Assembly: GCA_034007295.1 (NCBI GenBank)
Contig: JAVERC010000002.1
Coordinates: 82,256 to 146,255, forward strand
Direction of reading: 5' to 3'
Origin: Desulforegulaceae bacterium
Lineage (GTDB): Bacteria; Desulfobacterota; Desulfobacteria; Desulfobacterales; JACKCP01
Length of the DNA: 64,000 bases
The notes under the pieces were generated by a model. That model was not told the DNA's origin, did no database searches, and saw only the letters and a program-made list of their open reading frames with translations. Made by a program: the position numbers and the translations under genes. Positions 18,329-27,977 of the stretch are shown in pieces (positions within the stretch are counted from its first letter, which is position 1; every line of letters starts with the position of its first letter).

Positions 18329-18428
18329 GTGTCTTATGCATGTGGCTGCATCACACATAATAAAAATCTTATTAAATTGCCGCTAAATGTGGCAGACTTC
18401 AAAATTATTCAAATTAGGTTTAAAAATC
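18329..18428 (+). repeat. Family-C repeat, copy C2, directly upstream of dnaE
   Basis: See C1 (2906-3012). Shared blocks are CTTATGCA, CTG.ATCACACA and AT.AAAT.GCCGCT. Confidence 0.45.
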
Positions 18429-18441
18429 CAAAGGGGTAAAA

Positions 18442-21400
18442 ATGTCTGATTTAAAGTTTACGCACCTTCATCTTCATTCTCAGTATAGTCTTTTAGACGG
18501 TGCCATAAGATTCAAGCAGCTTTTTAAAAAACTAAAAGACAACAATATGGATTCTGTTGCTATAACTGATCATGGAGTAATGTTTGGAGTTGTTGAATTT
18601 TATGATCTTGCAAAAAAAGAGGGTATCCATCCTGTACTTGGCTGTGAATGCTATGTTGCAAAAAAATCTTTAAAAGACAAAACACCCCAGGATAAAGATT
18701 CTTCCCATCTTGTTCTTTTAGCTGAAAATAACGAAGGTTATCAGAATTTATGTAAACTAGCATCAATAGCAAAGCTTGAAGGATTTTACTATAAGCCAAG
18801 AATTGATGATGAGGTTTTGGAAAAATATTCAAAAGGCCTAATAGCACTGTCAGCATGTATCAAGGGTGAAATCCCTCAGCTGATTTTGAAAAATGATATT
18901 GAGGGAGCAAAAAAAAAAGCTCTTTATTATAATCAGCTTTTTGGCAGCAATAATTTTTTTCTTGAGATTCAGAAAAATGGTTTAAGGGAGCAGGAAATTG
19001 TAAATAAAGAAATTGCAAAAATTTCAAAAGAATTATCAATTCCAATGGTTGCAACAAATGACTGTCATTATCTAAATAAAGAAGATGCAAGAGCCCATGA
19101 AATTCTTCTTTGCATTCAGACAGGAAAAACCATTGATGACCCAACAAGGTTTAAATTTGAAACAAATTCCCTTTATGTAAAAACCCCGGAAGAAATGCAG
19201 CGTGATCTTGGTGAATACGAAGGTGCAATTGAAAACACTTATGAAATTGCACACAGATGCAAGGTTGAGTTTGATTTCAATACCTATCACTTCCCTGCAA
19301 TTGAACTGGAAAAAGGTGAGTCTGAAGCTGAAATGTTTGAGCGTGAGGCTTTGGAAGGATTTGAAAAAAGAATTAAAGAGGTAAAAAAAAGAAATCCTGA
19401 CGCAAATGAAGAAGAGTATCGAAAAAGACTTCAATACGAAATTGATACAATAAAGAAAATGGGGTTTGCTGCCTATTTTATAATTGTTGCAGACTTTATA
19501 AGATACAGTAAAAACAATAATATACCAGTTGGACCAGGAAGGGGTTCTGCTGCCGGAAGTATGGTTGCATATTCAATGCGGATAACAGACCTTGATCCAA
19601 TTGAACATAATCTTATTTTTGAAAGATTTTTAAATCCTGCAAGAATAAGCATGCCAGATATTGACGTTGATTTTTGTATTAACGGCCGTGAAAAAGTTTT
19701 TAAATACGTTGTCCAAAAGTATGGAAAAGACAAAGTTTCCCAGATCATTACGTATGGAACAATGAAATCAAGAGGTGTAATAAGAGATGTTGGAAGAGCT
19801 CTTGGGATTCCTCTAAAAGAAGTAGACTATATAGCAAAGCTTATTCCTGACAAAATTGGAATAAGTCTTGATGAGTCAATTGAGCAGGAACCTGAAATTA
19901 TGAATACTGTTCAGGGAAGAGATGACCTTATGGAACTTATTCAAGTTTCAAAAGTCCTTGAAGGCCTTACAAGACATGCATCAACACATGCAGCAGGGGT
20001 TGTTATCGGAGACAAGCCTTTGTCAGACTATCTTCCTTTATATTCAGGCAAACATGATGAAACAATGACCCAGTTTGACATGAAATATGTTGAAAAAATA
20101 GGTCTTGTAAAATTTGACTTTTTAGGTCTTAGAAACCTTACAGTTATTGCAGATGCACTTAGATTAATAGAAAAACAAGGACTTGTTCCCCCTGATCTTG
20201 AAAATCTTGATCTTGGAGATGAAGCCACCTTTAATCTTCTTCAAAAGGGAGATACAACAGGGGTTTTCCAGCTCGAAAGCTCAGGTATGAAAGACCTTTT
20301 AAAACGCTTAAGACCAGGCTGCTTCAATGATATAACAGCTCTTGTTGCCCTATACAGACCAGGTCCCCTTGAAAGCGGAATGGTAAATGATTTTGTGAAA
20401 AGGAAGCACGGTGAAGAACCAATTGTATATACTATTCCAGAGCTTGAGCCAATATTAAAGGAAACTTATGGAGTAATTTTATACCAGGAACAGGTAATGA
20501 AAATTGCAAGTGTTCTTGCAAATTATTCAATGGCAGATGCTGACGGCTTGAGAAAAGCAATGGGTAAGAAAATAAAGTCCATGATGGACGAGCACAGAGC
20601 AAAATTTTTAGATGGAGCAAAGGATAACAATATAGATCAGGATAAAGCAGAATATATTTTTGATCTTATGGAAAAGTTTGCAGGCTATGGATTTAATAAA
20701 TCACATAGTGCTGCCTATGCTCTTATTTCATACCAGACTGCATATTTAAAAACTCATTTTCCTGTTGCATTCATGGCTGCACTTTTAAACAGTGAAATAA
20801 ATTCAATAGATGGAGTTGTGAAATTTATTGATGAATGTAAACTCCAGAAAATTGAAATTTTAAAGCCAAACATTAATAAATCTGACACATATTTTAAAGT
20901 TGAGGACAATAAAATCAGGTTTGGACTTGCAGCAACAAAAAATGTTGGGGAAGCGGTAATTGACCAGATTGTGGAAGAAAGAAATACTAACGGAGAATTT
21001 ACAGATATTTTTGATTTTTGTGAAAGATGCGATTTAAGAAAGGTTAACAAAAGGGTTTTGGAAGCTCTAATAAAATGCGGAGCATTTGACTGTACAGGAA
21101 TGAAACGAGCCCAGCTTGTTTCTGTTATTGAAGAAGCTTCTGAATATGCACAGAGAGCAAAAAAAGACAAGGCAAATCCTCAAATGGGTTTTTTTGATTC
21201 GGATGAAACTTTTTCAGCAATGTTTGAAAAACCATCCATTCCAGATATTGAAGAATGGGATACAAAAGATCTTCTTATGCAGGAAAAGGAAGCCCTTGGA
21301 TTTTATATTTCAGGCCATCCCTTAAACTCATACAGGGATGTGATTAAAACATATTCCAATGCAAATTCATCAACTCTTGATGAATTAAATGACGGTGATA

Positions 21401-21963
21401 TTGCAATAGTTGGTGGAATTGTAAACAAGACCAAGGTAATTTATACAAAAAAAAATGATAAAATGGCTTTTCTTACAATTGAAGACTTTAAGGATTTTCT
21501 TGAAGTTGTTGTTTTTTCAGATCTTTATGCAAAAGTTTCAGACTATTTTTTTGAAGACAGCGTGCTTATGATAGCAGGACAAGTGCAGAAAAATGAAAAG
21601 GGATTGAGCCTTATTGCAAAGGAAATTTATCCTGCTGATATTGCAGAAGAAATGTTAAGCGGTTGTATTTATATTACACTTGAGTCAGTTTTTCATACAC
21701 CTGAAGATATATTAAAACTCCAGGACATTTTAAGAAAATATCCTGGAACAAAAAAGGTTTTTATTGAAGTTTTTACACAGTCTGGAGCACAGGTTTTAAT
21801 GGAGCTTCCAGATATTTTAAATGTCAACATAACAAAGTTTCTTATTGAAGAATTAAAGGAATTTGCAGGTGAGGAAAGAATTCTTGTAAAGCCCATTGAA
21901 TTGAATGTATTTGCCGAAAAAGAAAAGAAAACAAGATTTAAGCCAAGAGAAAATGCATTGTAA
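18442..21963 (+). CDS. dnaE: DNA polymerase III subunit alpha
   Basis: 1173 aa with a PHP domain (HLHLHSQYSLLDG), polymerase core (PDIDVDF) and OB-fold C-terminus. Confidence 0.95.
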   Translation: MSDLKFTHLHLHSQYSLLDGAIRFKQLFKKLKDNNMDSVAITDHGVMFGVVEFYDLAKKEGIHPVLGCECYVAKKSLKDKTPQDKDSSHLVLLAENNEGYQNLCKLASIAKLEGFYYKPRIDDEVLEKYSKGLIALSACIKGEIPQLILKNDIEGAKKKALYYNQLFGSNNFFLEIQKNGLREQEIVNKEIAKISKELSIPMVATNDCHYLNKEDARAHEILLCIQTGKTIDDPTRFKFETNSLYVKTPEEMQRDLGEYEGAIENTYEIAHRCKVEFDFNTYHFPAIELEKGESEAEMFEREALEGFEKRIKEVKKRNPDANEEEYRKRLQYEIDTIKKMGFAAYFIIVADFIRYSKNNNIPVGPGRGSAAGSMVAYSMRITDLDPIEHNLIFERFLNPARISMPDIDVDFCINGREKVFKYVVQKYGKDKVSQIITYGTMKSRGVIRDVGRALGIPLKEVDYIAKLIPDKIGISLDESIEQEPEIMNTVQGRDDLMELIQVSKVLEGLTRHASTHAAGVVIGDKPLSDYLPLYSGKHDETMTQFDMKYVEKIGLVKFDFLGLRNLTVIADALRLIEKQGLVPPDLENLDLGDEATFNLLQKGDTTGVFQLESSGMKDLLKRLRPGCFNDITALVALYRPGPLESGMVNDFVKRKHGEEPIVYTIPELEPILKETYGVILYQEQVMKIASVLANYSMADADGLRKAMGKKIKSMMDEHRAKFLDGAKDNNIDQDKAEYIFDLMEKFAGYGFNKSHSAAYALISYQTAYLKTHFPVAFMAALLNSEINSIDGVVKFIDECKLQKIEILKPNINKSDTYFKVEDNKIRFGLAATKNVGEAVIDQIVEERNTNGEFTDIFDFCERCDLRKVNKRVLEALIKCGAFDCTGMKRAQLVSVIEEASEYAQRAKKDKANPQMGFFDSDETFSAMFEKPSIPDIEEWDTKDLLMQEKEALGFYISGHPLNSYRDVIKTYSNANSSTLDELNDGDIAIVGGIVNKTKVIYTKKNDKMAFLTIEDFKDFLEVVVFSDLYAKVSDYFFEDSVLMIAGQVQKNEKGLSLIAKEIYPADIAEEMLSGCIYITLESVFHTPEDILKLQDILRKYPGTKKVFIEVFTQSGAQVLMELPDILNVNITKFLIEELKEFAGEERILVKPIELNVFAEKEKKTRFKPRENAL

Positions 21964-23120
21964 TGGAAAAATTTGATTTTTATATAAGAAAAGTTAAATC
22001 AAGGATAAATAAAAACCAGAAAAGAGCACTTGATTCATATCTGCCTTTAAATAATGGAAGAATAGAAAAAAACGGCAATATTTATTTGAATTTAAGTTCA
22101 AATGATTACCTTGGACTCTCATTAAATCCAATTCTTATTGAAAGAGGTTGTGAATACGCAAGAAAATATGGATGCGGAACAGGTGCATCAAGACTTGTTA
22201 CAGGAAGTCCGGAAATTTTTTTTGGAGTTGAAGAAAAAATTTCAAATTTAAAAAAAATGGATAAAGCCATTATTTTAAACTCCGGGTATCAGGCAAATAT
22301 TGGAGTTGTATCTTCACTTGCATCAAGAAAAAGCATAATTTTTTCAGATTATCTAAATCATAACAGTCTTGTAAGAGGTGCAATTTTAAGCGGAGCTGAA
22401 ATTAAAAGATTTAAGCACAATAACTTAAATCATTTGGAAGAGCTTCTTAAAGAAACAAAAGACAAAAACTATTCTTCAAAAATTATTGTAACAGAATCGG
22501 TTTTCAGCATGGATGGAGATATTCCAGATCTTGAAAAAATAGCGGATCTAAGTGAAGAATACGGATGTATTTTTGTTGCAGACGAAGCCCATGCAACTGG
22601 AGTTTTTGGTGAAAATCACATGGGTCTTGCAAAAAGAGCAGATATTGTAATAGGTACCTTTGGAAAAGGCGGAGGGTCTTTTGGAGCATATGTATCATGT
22701 TCTGAAACAATGTATGACTATTTTGTTAATTTTTGTGAATCTCTTATTTTTTCAACTTCTCTTACTCCATTTAATATTGGAGCAATTTCAGCTTTTCTTG
22801 ATCTTGTTCATGATTTAGATGATAAAAGATCCAGGCTTTTAAACAATGCTGCTCTTTTAAGAGACGGCCTTAAAAATCTCGGGTTTGAAGTTATTGATGG
22901 AATTACCCAGATTATTCCGGTTTTAACAGGAAGTGAAAAAAAGGCAATTGAGCTTTCCATGTTTTTAAAGGAAAGAAAAATTCTTTCAATTCCCATAAGA
23001 CCCCCGACTGTGCCTGAAAATATGTCAAGAATAAGGCTTAGTTTATCTGCCTCTCACAGTAAAAACGATATAGACTATACTCTAAGTGTGTTTGATGAAT
23101 ATAAAAAAAGATCAGCCTGA
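21963..23120 (+). CDS. bioF: 8-amino-7-oxononanoate synthase
   Basis: 385 aa: SNDYLGL, FSMDGD, DEAHATG, and the PLP-Lys region TFGKGGGSFG. Confidence 0.88.
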   Translation: MEKFDFYIRKVKSRINKNQKRALDSYLPLNNGRIEKNGNIYLNLSSNDYLGLSLNPILIERGCEYARKYGCGTGASRLVTGSPEIFFGVEEKISNLKKMDKAIILNSGYQANIGVVSSLASRKSIIFSDYLNHNSLVRGAILSGAEIKRFKHNNLNHLEELLKETKDKNYSSKIIVTESVFSMDGDIPDLEKIADLSEEYGCIFVADEAHATGVFGENHMGLAKRADIVIGTFGKGGGSFGAYVSCSETMYDYFVNFCESLIFSTSLTPFNIGAISAFLDLVHDLDDKRSRLLNNAALLRDGLKNLGFEVIDGITQIIPVLTGSEKKAIELSMFLKERKILSIPIRPPTVPENMSRIRLSLSASHSKNDIDYTLSVFDEYKKRSA

Positions 23121-23772
23121 ATTTATTCTTCAGCATGGATGGGGACTTTCTTCATCATGCTGGAGAAGATGGAAAGAAAGGCTTGAAAAAGATTATAAAG
23201 TTACTCTTCCAGACCGTGGTTATTTTGGGTCTCAAAAAAGAATAAAAAATTTTAAAACAAAATCCAAAAAAATTCTTGTATCCCATTCTTTTGGTCTTTT
23301 TCTATTTGAAAAATCAGTTTTGGAACAGGCTGATTTTATTGTAATAATAAGCGGTTTTACAAAATTTCATCCAGAGGAAGCAAGGGAGGCAAGAAGGTCA
23401 AGGCTTCTTATGAAATTTATGCAGAAAAAGCTTTATCTTGAGCCTGAAAAACTTTTAACAGATTTTTACAATGGCCATGATTTAAGGGGTGATTTTGATT
23501 TGAATCCTGATGTTTCACTTCTTTTTAAAGACCTTGAAAGAATAAACAGCGAAGCTCCAGACCTTGAATCTATAAGGAAAATAAAAAATATTTTAATTGT
23601 TCATGGGAAAAAAGATATGGTTGTACCTTTTTCAAGGGGAGTTTATTTGAAAAATTATTTTTCAGGTGCCAAAATGATTGAGTTTGAAAACGGAGATCAT
23701 GCACTTCCATTTATTTATCAAGATAAAATTATAGAACAAATAATTGATTTTTTGGGTATTAAAGAAAAATGA
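23095..23772 (+). CDS. alpha/beta hydrolase, BioH-like pimeloyl-ACP methyl ester esterase candidate
   Basis: About 225 aa: HGWG, nucleophile elbow SHSFG, DMVVP, GDHALP. It sits between bioF and bioC. I prefer the ATG at 23095; the track start is GTG 23086. Confidence 0.6.
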   Translation: MNIKKDQPEFILQHGWGLSSSCWRRWKERLEKDYKVTLPDRGYFGSQKRIKNFKTKSKKILVSHSFGLFLFEKSVLEQADFIVIISGFTKFHPEEAREARRSRLLMKFMQKKLYLEPEKLLTDFYNGHDLRGDFDLNPDVSLLFKDLERINSEAPDLESIRKIKNILIVHGKKDMVVPFSRGVYLKNYFSGAKMIEFENGDHALPFIYQDKIIEQIIDFLGIKEK

Positions 23773-24533
23773 AGGATTTAATAAGAAAAAGTTTTTCTAA
23801 AAATACATCTACTTATGATGATTACGCAATTGCCCAGACAAAAGGAGCTTTGGTTTTAAAAAATGAACTTATAAAAGATAAAATTTATGAAAAAAATATT
23901 GAAAACATTATTGAATTTGGTTGTGGAACAGGTCTTTTAAGCCATTATATCCATGATCTTTTTAATAATTCAAATATTTATTTTTCTGATATTTCTCCAG
24001 AAATGGTTTTGGAATGCCAAAAAAAATTTGTAAATAAAAGCAAAAGGTATTTTTTTGCAGTTAATGGAGAAGATTATAAAAAAGATAATTTTTTTGACTT
24101 AATAGTTTCATCTTTTACACTTCAATGGTTTGAAGATTATCAAAATGCTTTGAAAAATTATTTCTTTTCTCTTAAAAGAGGCGGATTCTTATACCTCGCA
24201 TTTCAGGGACCAGGTTCTTTTTTTGAATGGAAAAAAATTGCCTGTGAATTAGACCTGCCATTTACCGGAAATTTAATGCCTGATCCTGAACTAATTGAAA
24301 ATTCAATCAAAAATTTCAGCTCATATGAAATTTTTAAAAAAGAAATAAAACTTAAATACAAATCATCTCTTGATTTTTTTAAGTCATTGCAAAAAATTGG
24401 AGCAGGTCATAAAACTGGCAAAAAATCATATTCTAAAAAAGAACTTATGAATCTTATAAGGTACTGGGATAATAAGACTCACAATAATATTGAAATTACC
24501 TATGAAGTTTATTTTGTAAAAGGCATAAAATAA
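23769..24533 (+). CDS. bioC: malonyl-ACP O-methyltransferase
   Basis: 254 aa: FSKNTSTYDDYAIAQ and the SAM motif EFGCGTGLL, in bio operon context. Confidence 0.8.
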   Translation: MKDLIRKSFSKNTSTYDDYAIAQTKGALVLKNELIKDKIYEKNIENIIEFGCGTGLLSHYIHDLFNNSNIYFSDISPEMVLECQKKFVNKSKRYFFAVNGEDYKKDNFFDLIVSSFTLQWFEDYQNALKNYFFSLKRGGFLYLAFQGPGSFFEWKKIACELDLPFTGNLMPDPELIENSIKNFSSYEIFKKEIKLKYKSSLDFFKSLQKIGAGHKTGKKSYSKKELMNLIRYWDNKTHNNIEITYEVYFVKGIK

Positions 24534-25171
24534 TGAAAAAAATAATTCTTCCAAAAAAAATTTTTGTTACGGGAACTGACACAGAAATTGGAAAAACATT
24601 TGTGTCATGTGTTCTTGCAAAAAAAATGAATGCTTCATACTGGAAGATAATCCAGACTGGAGATGACAGTGATAAAGATTTTGTAAAAAATATTACCGGC
24701 TTTGAAAAAGAAAAATTTATTGATGAAGCATATAAGCTAAAAAATCCTCTTTCTCCATATGCAGCTTCAGTCAAGGAAAACAAAAATATTGAAATAGAAA
24801 ATATTTTAAAAAAATTTAATGAAATTAAGGATGAAAAACTTGTATGTGAAGGTGCCGGAGGGGTGATGGTACCTATAAAAAAAGATTATTTTATGTCTGA
24901 TCTTATAAAAGATTTAAACCTTTCTAGTGTTGTTGCTGCAAGATCAGGCCTTGGAACAATAAATCACAGTCTTTTGACCATAGAACATTTAAAAAATAAA
25001 GGCATTGACATCTCATGTATAATTTTAAACGGTGAACTAAATTATGATAATGAAAAAATAATTGAGGAAATTACAGAAATTCCTGTTTTATCCTTTGGTT
25101 ATTTTGATTTTTCTAAAAAAATTGATTTTCAAAAATTGTTTGAAGATAAGTTCAGGTTTGAAATAAATTAG
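24533..25171 (+). CDS. bioD: dethiobiotin synthase
   Basis: 212 aa: FVTGTDTEIGKT, EGAGG. Confidence 0.88.
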   Translation: MKKIILPKKIFVTGTDTEIGKTFVSCVLAKKMNASYWKIIQTGDDSDKDFVKNITGFEKEKFIDEAYKLKNPLSPYAASVKENKNIEIENILKKFNEIKDEKLVCEGAGGVMVPIKKDYFMSDLIKDLNLSSVVAARSGLGTINHSLLTIEHLKNKGIDISCIILNGELNYDNEKIIEEITEIPVLSFGYFDFSKKIDFQKLFEDKFRFEIN

Positions 25172-25205
25172 AGTTTTTTGTCTATACAATAAGTCTGGAG
25201 TGAGC

Positions 25206-26489
25206 ATGAAAAACAATGATTCAAATTTCTGGCTTCCGTTTACACAAATGAAGGAAGTTGATGAAATTATAGAAATAGTAAAAGGAGAAGGTGCATATCT
25301 TTTTACTAAAGACGGAAGAAAAATTTTAGATGCAATCTCAAGCTGGTGGGTTACAATTCACGGCCATGGAAATCAGGTTGTTGCTGATTCAATTGCAAAG
25401 CAGGCAAAAATTCTTGAGCAGGTTATTTGTGCAGGTTTTACCCATTCAAATGCTGAAATTTTATCAAAAAGGCTTGTAAATGTTTTGCCTCCAAAAATTA
25501 CAAGAATGTTTTATTCAGATAATGGGTCAACAGCAGTTGAAGTAGGTCTTAAAATGGTTTTTCAGTATTGGAAAAACATAGGCGACAAAAACAGAAAAAA
25601 ATTTATTTCATTTGAAAATGCCTATCACGGGGACACTCTTGGAGCAATGTCGGTTGGAGGGAGATCCATTTTTACAGATCAGTTTAAAGAGCTTATGTTT
25701 GATACAATTTATCTTGAATATCCTTCTACTTTTGAAGGCGATGATAAAGCTGAAGAAAAAGAAAATAAAGTAGTTAAAAAGCTTAATGAAATTTTGGAAA
25801 GCCAGGGCAGTGCTATTGCAGGCTTAATAATTGAGCCGCTCATTCAGGGTGCCGGCGGAATGAACATGGCAAGGCCGGTTTTTTTGCAGAAAATTGAAGC
25901 CATAATGAAATCACATAAAATCCCTGTTATTTATGATGAAGTAATGACAGGTTTTGGAAGAACAGGTAATTTGTTTGCCTGTTTAAAGGCAAATACAAAC
26001 CCTGATATTATTTGTGTTTCAAAAGGTATTACAGGCGGTTTTATGCCGCTTGCAGGAACATTTTGTACAGATGAAATTTATGAATCATTTTATTCAGATG
26101 ATCCTTTAAAAACTTTTTTTCACGGCCATTCATATACTGCAAATCCAATTGGATGTGCAGCAGGCGTTGCATCCTTGGAGCTTTTGCTTAAAAATAGAAA
26201 ATTTGAAAAAATTGAAGACTGGCATAAAGAACAGATAAAAAAGTTTAAAGATAATAAAAATATTGAAAAAATAAGGGTTTGTGGAACAATAATGGCTTTT
26301 GATGTAAAAACCTCTAATGGAGGATACCTTGACAAGGTAGGCAAATTTTTAAAAAAAGAATTTTTAAAAAAAGGATTCCTTTTAAGACCCCTTGGCAATG
26401 TATTGTATTTTCTTCCTCCTTACTGCATTGAAAAAGAAGAGCTTGAAGTTTTGTATGATTGTGTAAATGAAGTTACATCATCACTTTAG
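25206..26489 (+). CDS. bioA: adenosylmethionine-8-amino-7-oxononanoate aminotransferase
   Basis: SSWWVTIHGHGN, YDEVMTGFGRTG, SKGITGG. I prefer the ATG at 25206 (CTGGAG upstream); the track start is GTG 25200. Confidence 0.9.
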   Translation: MKNNDSNFWLPFTQMKEVDEIIEIVKGEGAYLFTKDGRKILDAISSWWVTIHGHGNQVVADSIAKQAKILEQVICAGFTHSNAEILSKRLVNVLPPKITRMFYSDNGSTAVEVGLKMVFQYWKNIGDKNRKKFISFENAYHGDTLGAMSVGGRSIFTDQFKELMFDTIYLEYPSTFEGDDKAEEKENKVVKKLNEILESQGSAIAGLIIEPLIQGAGGMNMARPVFLQKIEAIMKSHKIPVIYDEVMTGFGRTGNLFACLKANTNPDIICVSKGITGGFMPLAGTFCTDEIYESFYSDDPLKTFFHGHSYTANPIGCAAGVASLELLLKNRKFEKIEDWHKEQIKKFKDNKNIEKIRVCGTIMAFDVKTSNGGYLDKVGKFLKKEFLKKGFLLRPLGNVLYFLPPYCIEKEELEVLYDCVNEVTSSL

Positions 26490-26500
26490 GGAGTCATTAG

Positions 26501-27232
26501 ATGGAAAATGAAAAAAGAATCGCACTTGTGACAGGAGCTTCAAGGGGAATAGGAAAATCTATTGCATTAAAACTTGCAAAAATGGGTTTTAAAGTAATAA
26601 TAAATTTTTCATCCTCTGAAAATGAAGCAAAAAAAGTTCTTGAAGAAATTGAAAATTTTGGCGGCCAGGGACGTCTTGCATGTTTTGATGTTACTGACAG
26701 AAAAGCATGCAAAGAAGAGTTTTCCAAAATAACTGAAACAGAAAAAAGACTTGACGTATTAATTCATAACGCAGGAATAAGAAAAGACGGACTTGCCGTA
26801 AGAATGAAGGATGAAGACTGGGACAGAGTAATTGATGTAAATCTTACAGCTTTTTTTAACCTTGCAAAACCTTCAGTCAAGCTGATGCTCAAAAATAAAT
26901 GGGGAAGAATAGTAGGCATTTCATCTACTTCTGGTCAGGCTGGAGTTCCAGGGCAGATAAATTATTCAGCTTCAAAGGCAGGTCTTATAGGAGCTTTGAA
27001 ATCCCTTTCAAAAGAAATAGGTGTAAGAAACATTACTGTAAATGCAGTAAGTCCAGGATTTATTGAAACTGAAATGACAGAAGCCCTTGACAGGGAAAAA
27101 ATAATTGAAACAATACCTATGCAAAGATTTGGAACTGTGGCAGAAGTTGCATCTGTTGCAGGATTTTTATGCTCTGAAGAAGCATCATATGTAACAGGGC
27201 AGGTAATCGGCGTTAACGGCGGAATATATTAA
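26501..27232 (+). CDS. fabG: 3-oxoacyl-ACP reductase FabG (paralog adjacent to the bio operon)
   Basis: 243 aa SDR: TGASRGIGKSIA, NAGI, YSASKAG. Confidence 0.85.
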   Translation: MENEKRIALVTGASRGIGKSIALKLAKMGFKVIINFSSSENEAKKVLEEIENFGGQGRLACFDVTDRKACKEEFSKITETEKRLDVLIHNAGIRKDGLAVRMKDEDWDRVIDVNLTAFFNLAKPSVKLMLKNKWGRIVGISSTSGQAGVPGQINYSASKAGLIGALKSLSKEIGVRNITVNAVSPGFIETEMTEALDREKIIETIPMQRFGTVAEVASVAGFLCSEEASYVTGQVIGVNGGIY

Positions 27233-27249
27233 TCTGAAAGGAAATTAAA

Positions 27250-27426
27250 ATGGCTTTGGATAAAGAATTGCTTGATATACTTGCATGTCCTGTATGCAAG
27301 GGTGATGTTTATGAATCAGAAGATAAAAATTTTCTTATCTGTGAAAAATGCAGGCTTAAATTTCCTGTAAAGGAAGGTATCCCTGTAATGCTTCCTGAAG
27401 AAGCACTGCCTCTTGATGAAAAATAA
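27250..27426 (+). CDS. Trm112/UPF0434-family small zinc-ribbon protein
   Basis: 58 aa, translated by hand: MALDKELLDILACPVCKGDVYESEDKNFLICEKCRLKFPVKEGIPVMLPEEALPLDEK. It is below the ORF-track size cut-off. Confidence 0.75.
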   Translation: MALDKELLDILACPVCKGDVYESEDKNFLICEKCRLKFPVKEGIPVMLPEEALPLDEK

Positions 27427-27431
27427 TATTA

Positions 27432-27962
27432 ATGAGTAAACCTTTTTTTCCGAAAAAAGGACTTGTAATAACAGCCCTTATGACAGGCAATAAAAAGCTT
27501 TTTACTTTTGCATTAAAAGAGCTTGAAAAAGAATTCGGGGGCTGTTTTCTTATTAGTCCCTGGTCAAAATTTACCCATTCCGTCTATTATGAAGATGAAA
27601 TGGGTAAAAATCTTGAAAAAAGGTTTATTTGTTTTAAAAACCCTGTAAACCAGGGCAGCCTTTCAGATATCAAGCATAAGGTTTATCAAATTGAGAATAA
27701 ATATCTTGAAGGAAACAAAAGAACACTGAATTTAGATCCTGGGATTTTAACCCCTGACAAGTATGTATTGTCAACATTCAAAAACTTTTCCCATAGAATT
27801 TATATCGGGGATAAAGTATTTGCTGAAGTTGAGTTCACATTTAAAAATAATGAACCTGTTTTTTTTGAATGGACATATCCAGATTACAGGCAAAAGAACA
27901 TTTGTTTATTTTTTATGATAGCAAGAAAATATCTGTTGTTTTTTAATTCGTTTAATAATTAA
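27432..27962 (+). CDS. conserved hypothetical protein (DUF4416-like)
   Basis: 176 aa. The family assignment is from memory of DUF4416-type sequences in deltaproteobacteria and is not verified. Confidence 0.45.
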   Translation: MSKPFFPKKGLVITALMTGNKKLFTFALKELEKEFGGCFLISPWSKFTHSVYYEDEMGKNLEKRFICFKNPVNQGSLSDIKHKVYQIENKYLEGNKRTLNLDPGILTPDKYVLSTFKNFSHRIYIGDKVFAEVEFTFKNNEPVFFEWTYPDYRQKNICLFFMIARKYLLFFNSFNN

Positions 27963-27977
27963 TGAAAGCGAGTTTTT

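Noticed and set aside
18215-18439. 74-aa ORF in the guaB-dnaE spacer
   Set aside because: It runs through two terminator-like hairpins and the family-C repeat, has no RBS and is compositionally odd (Phe/Ile/Lys/Tyr-rich).
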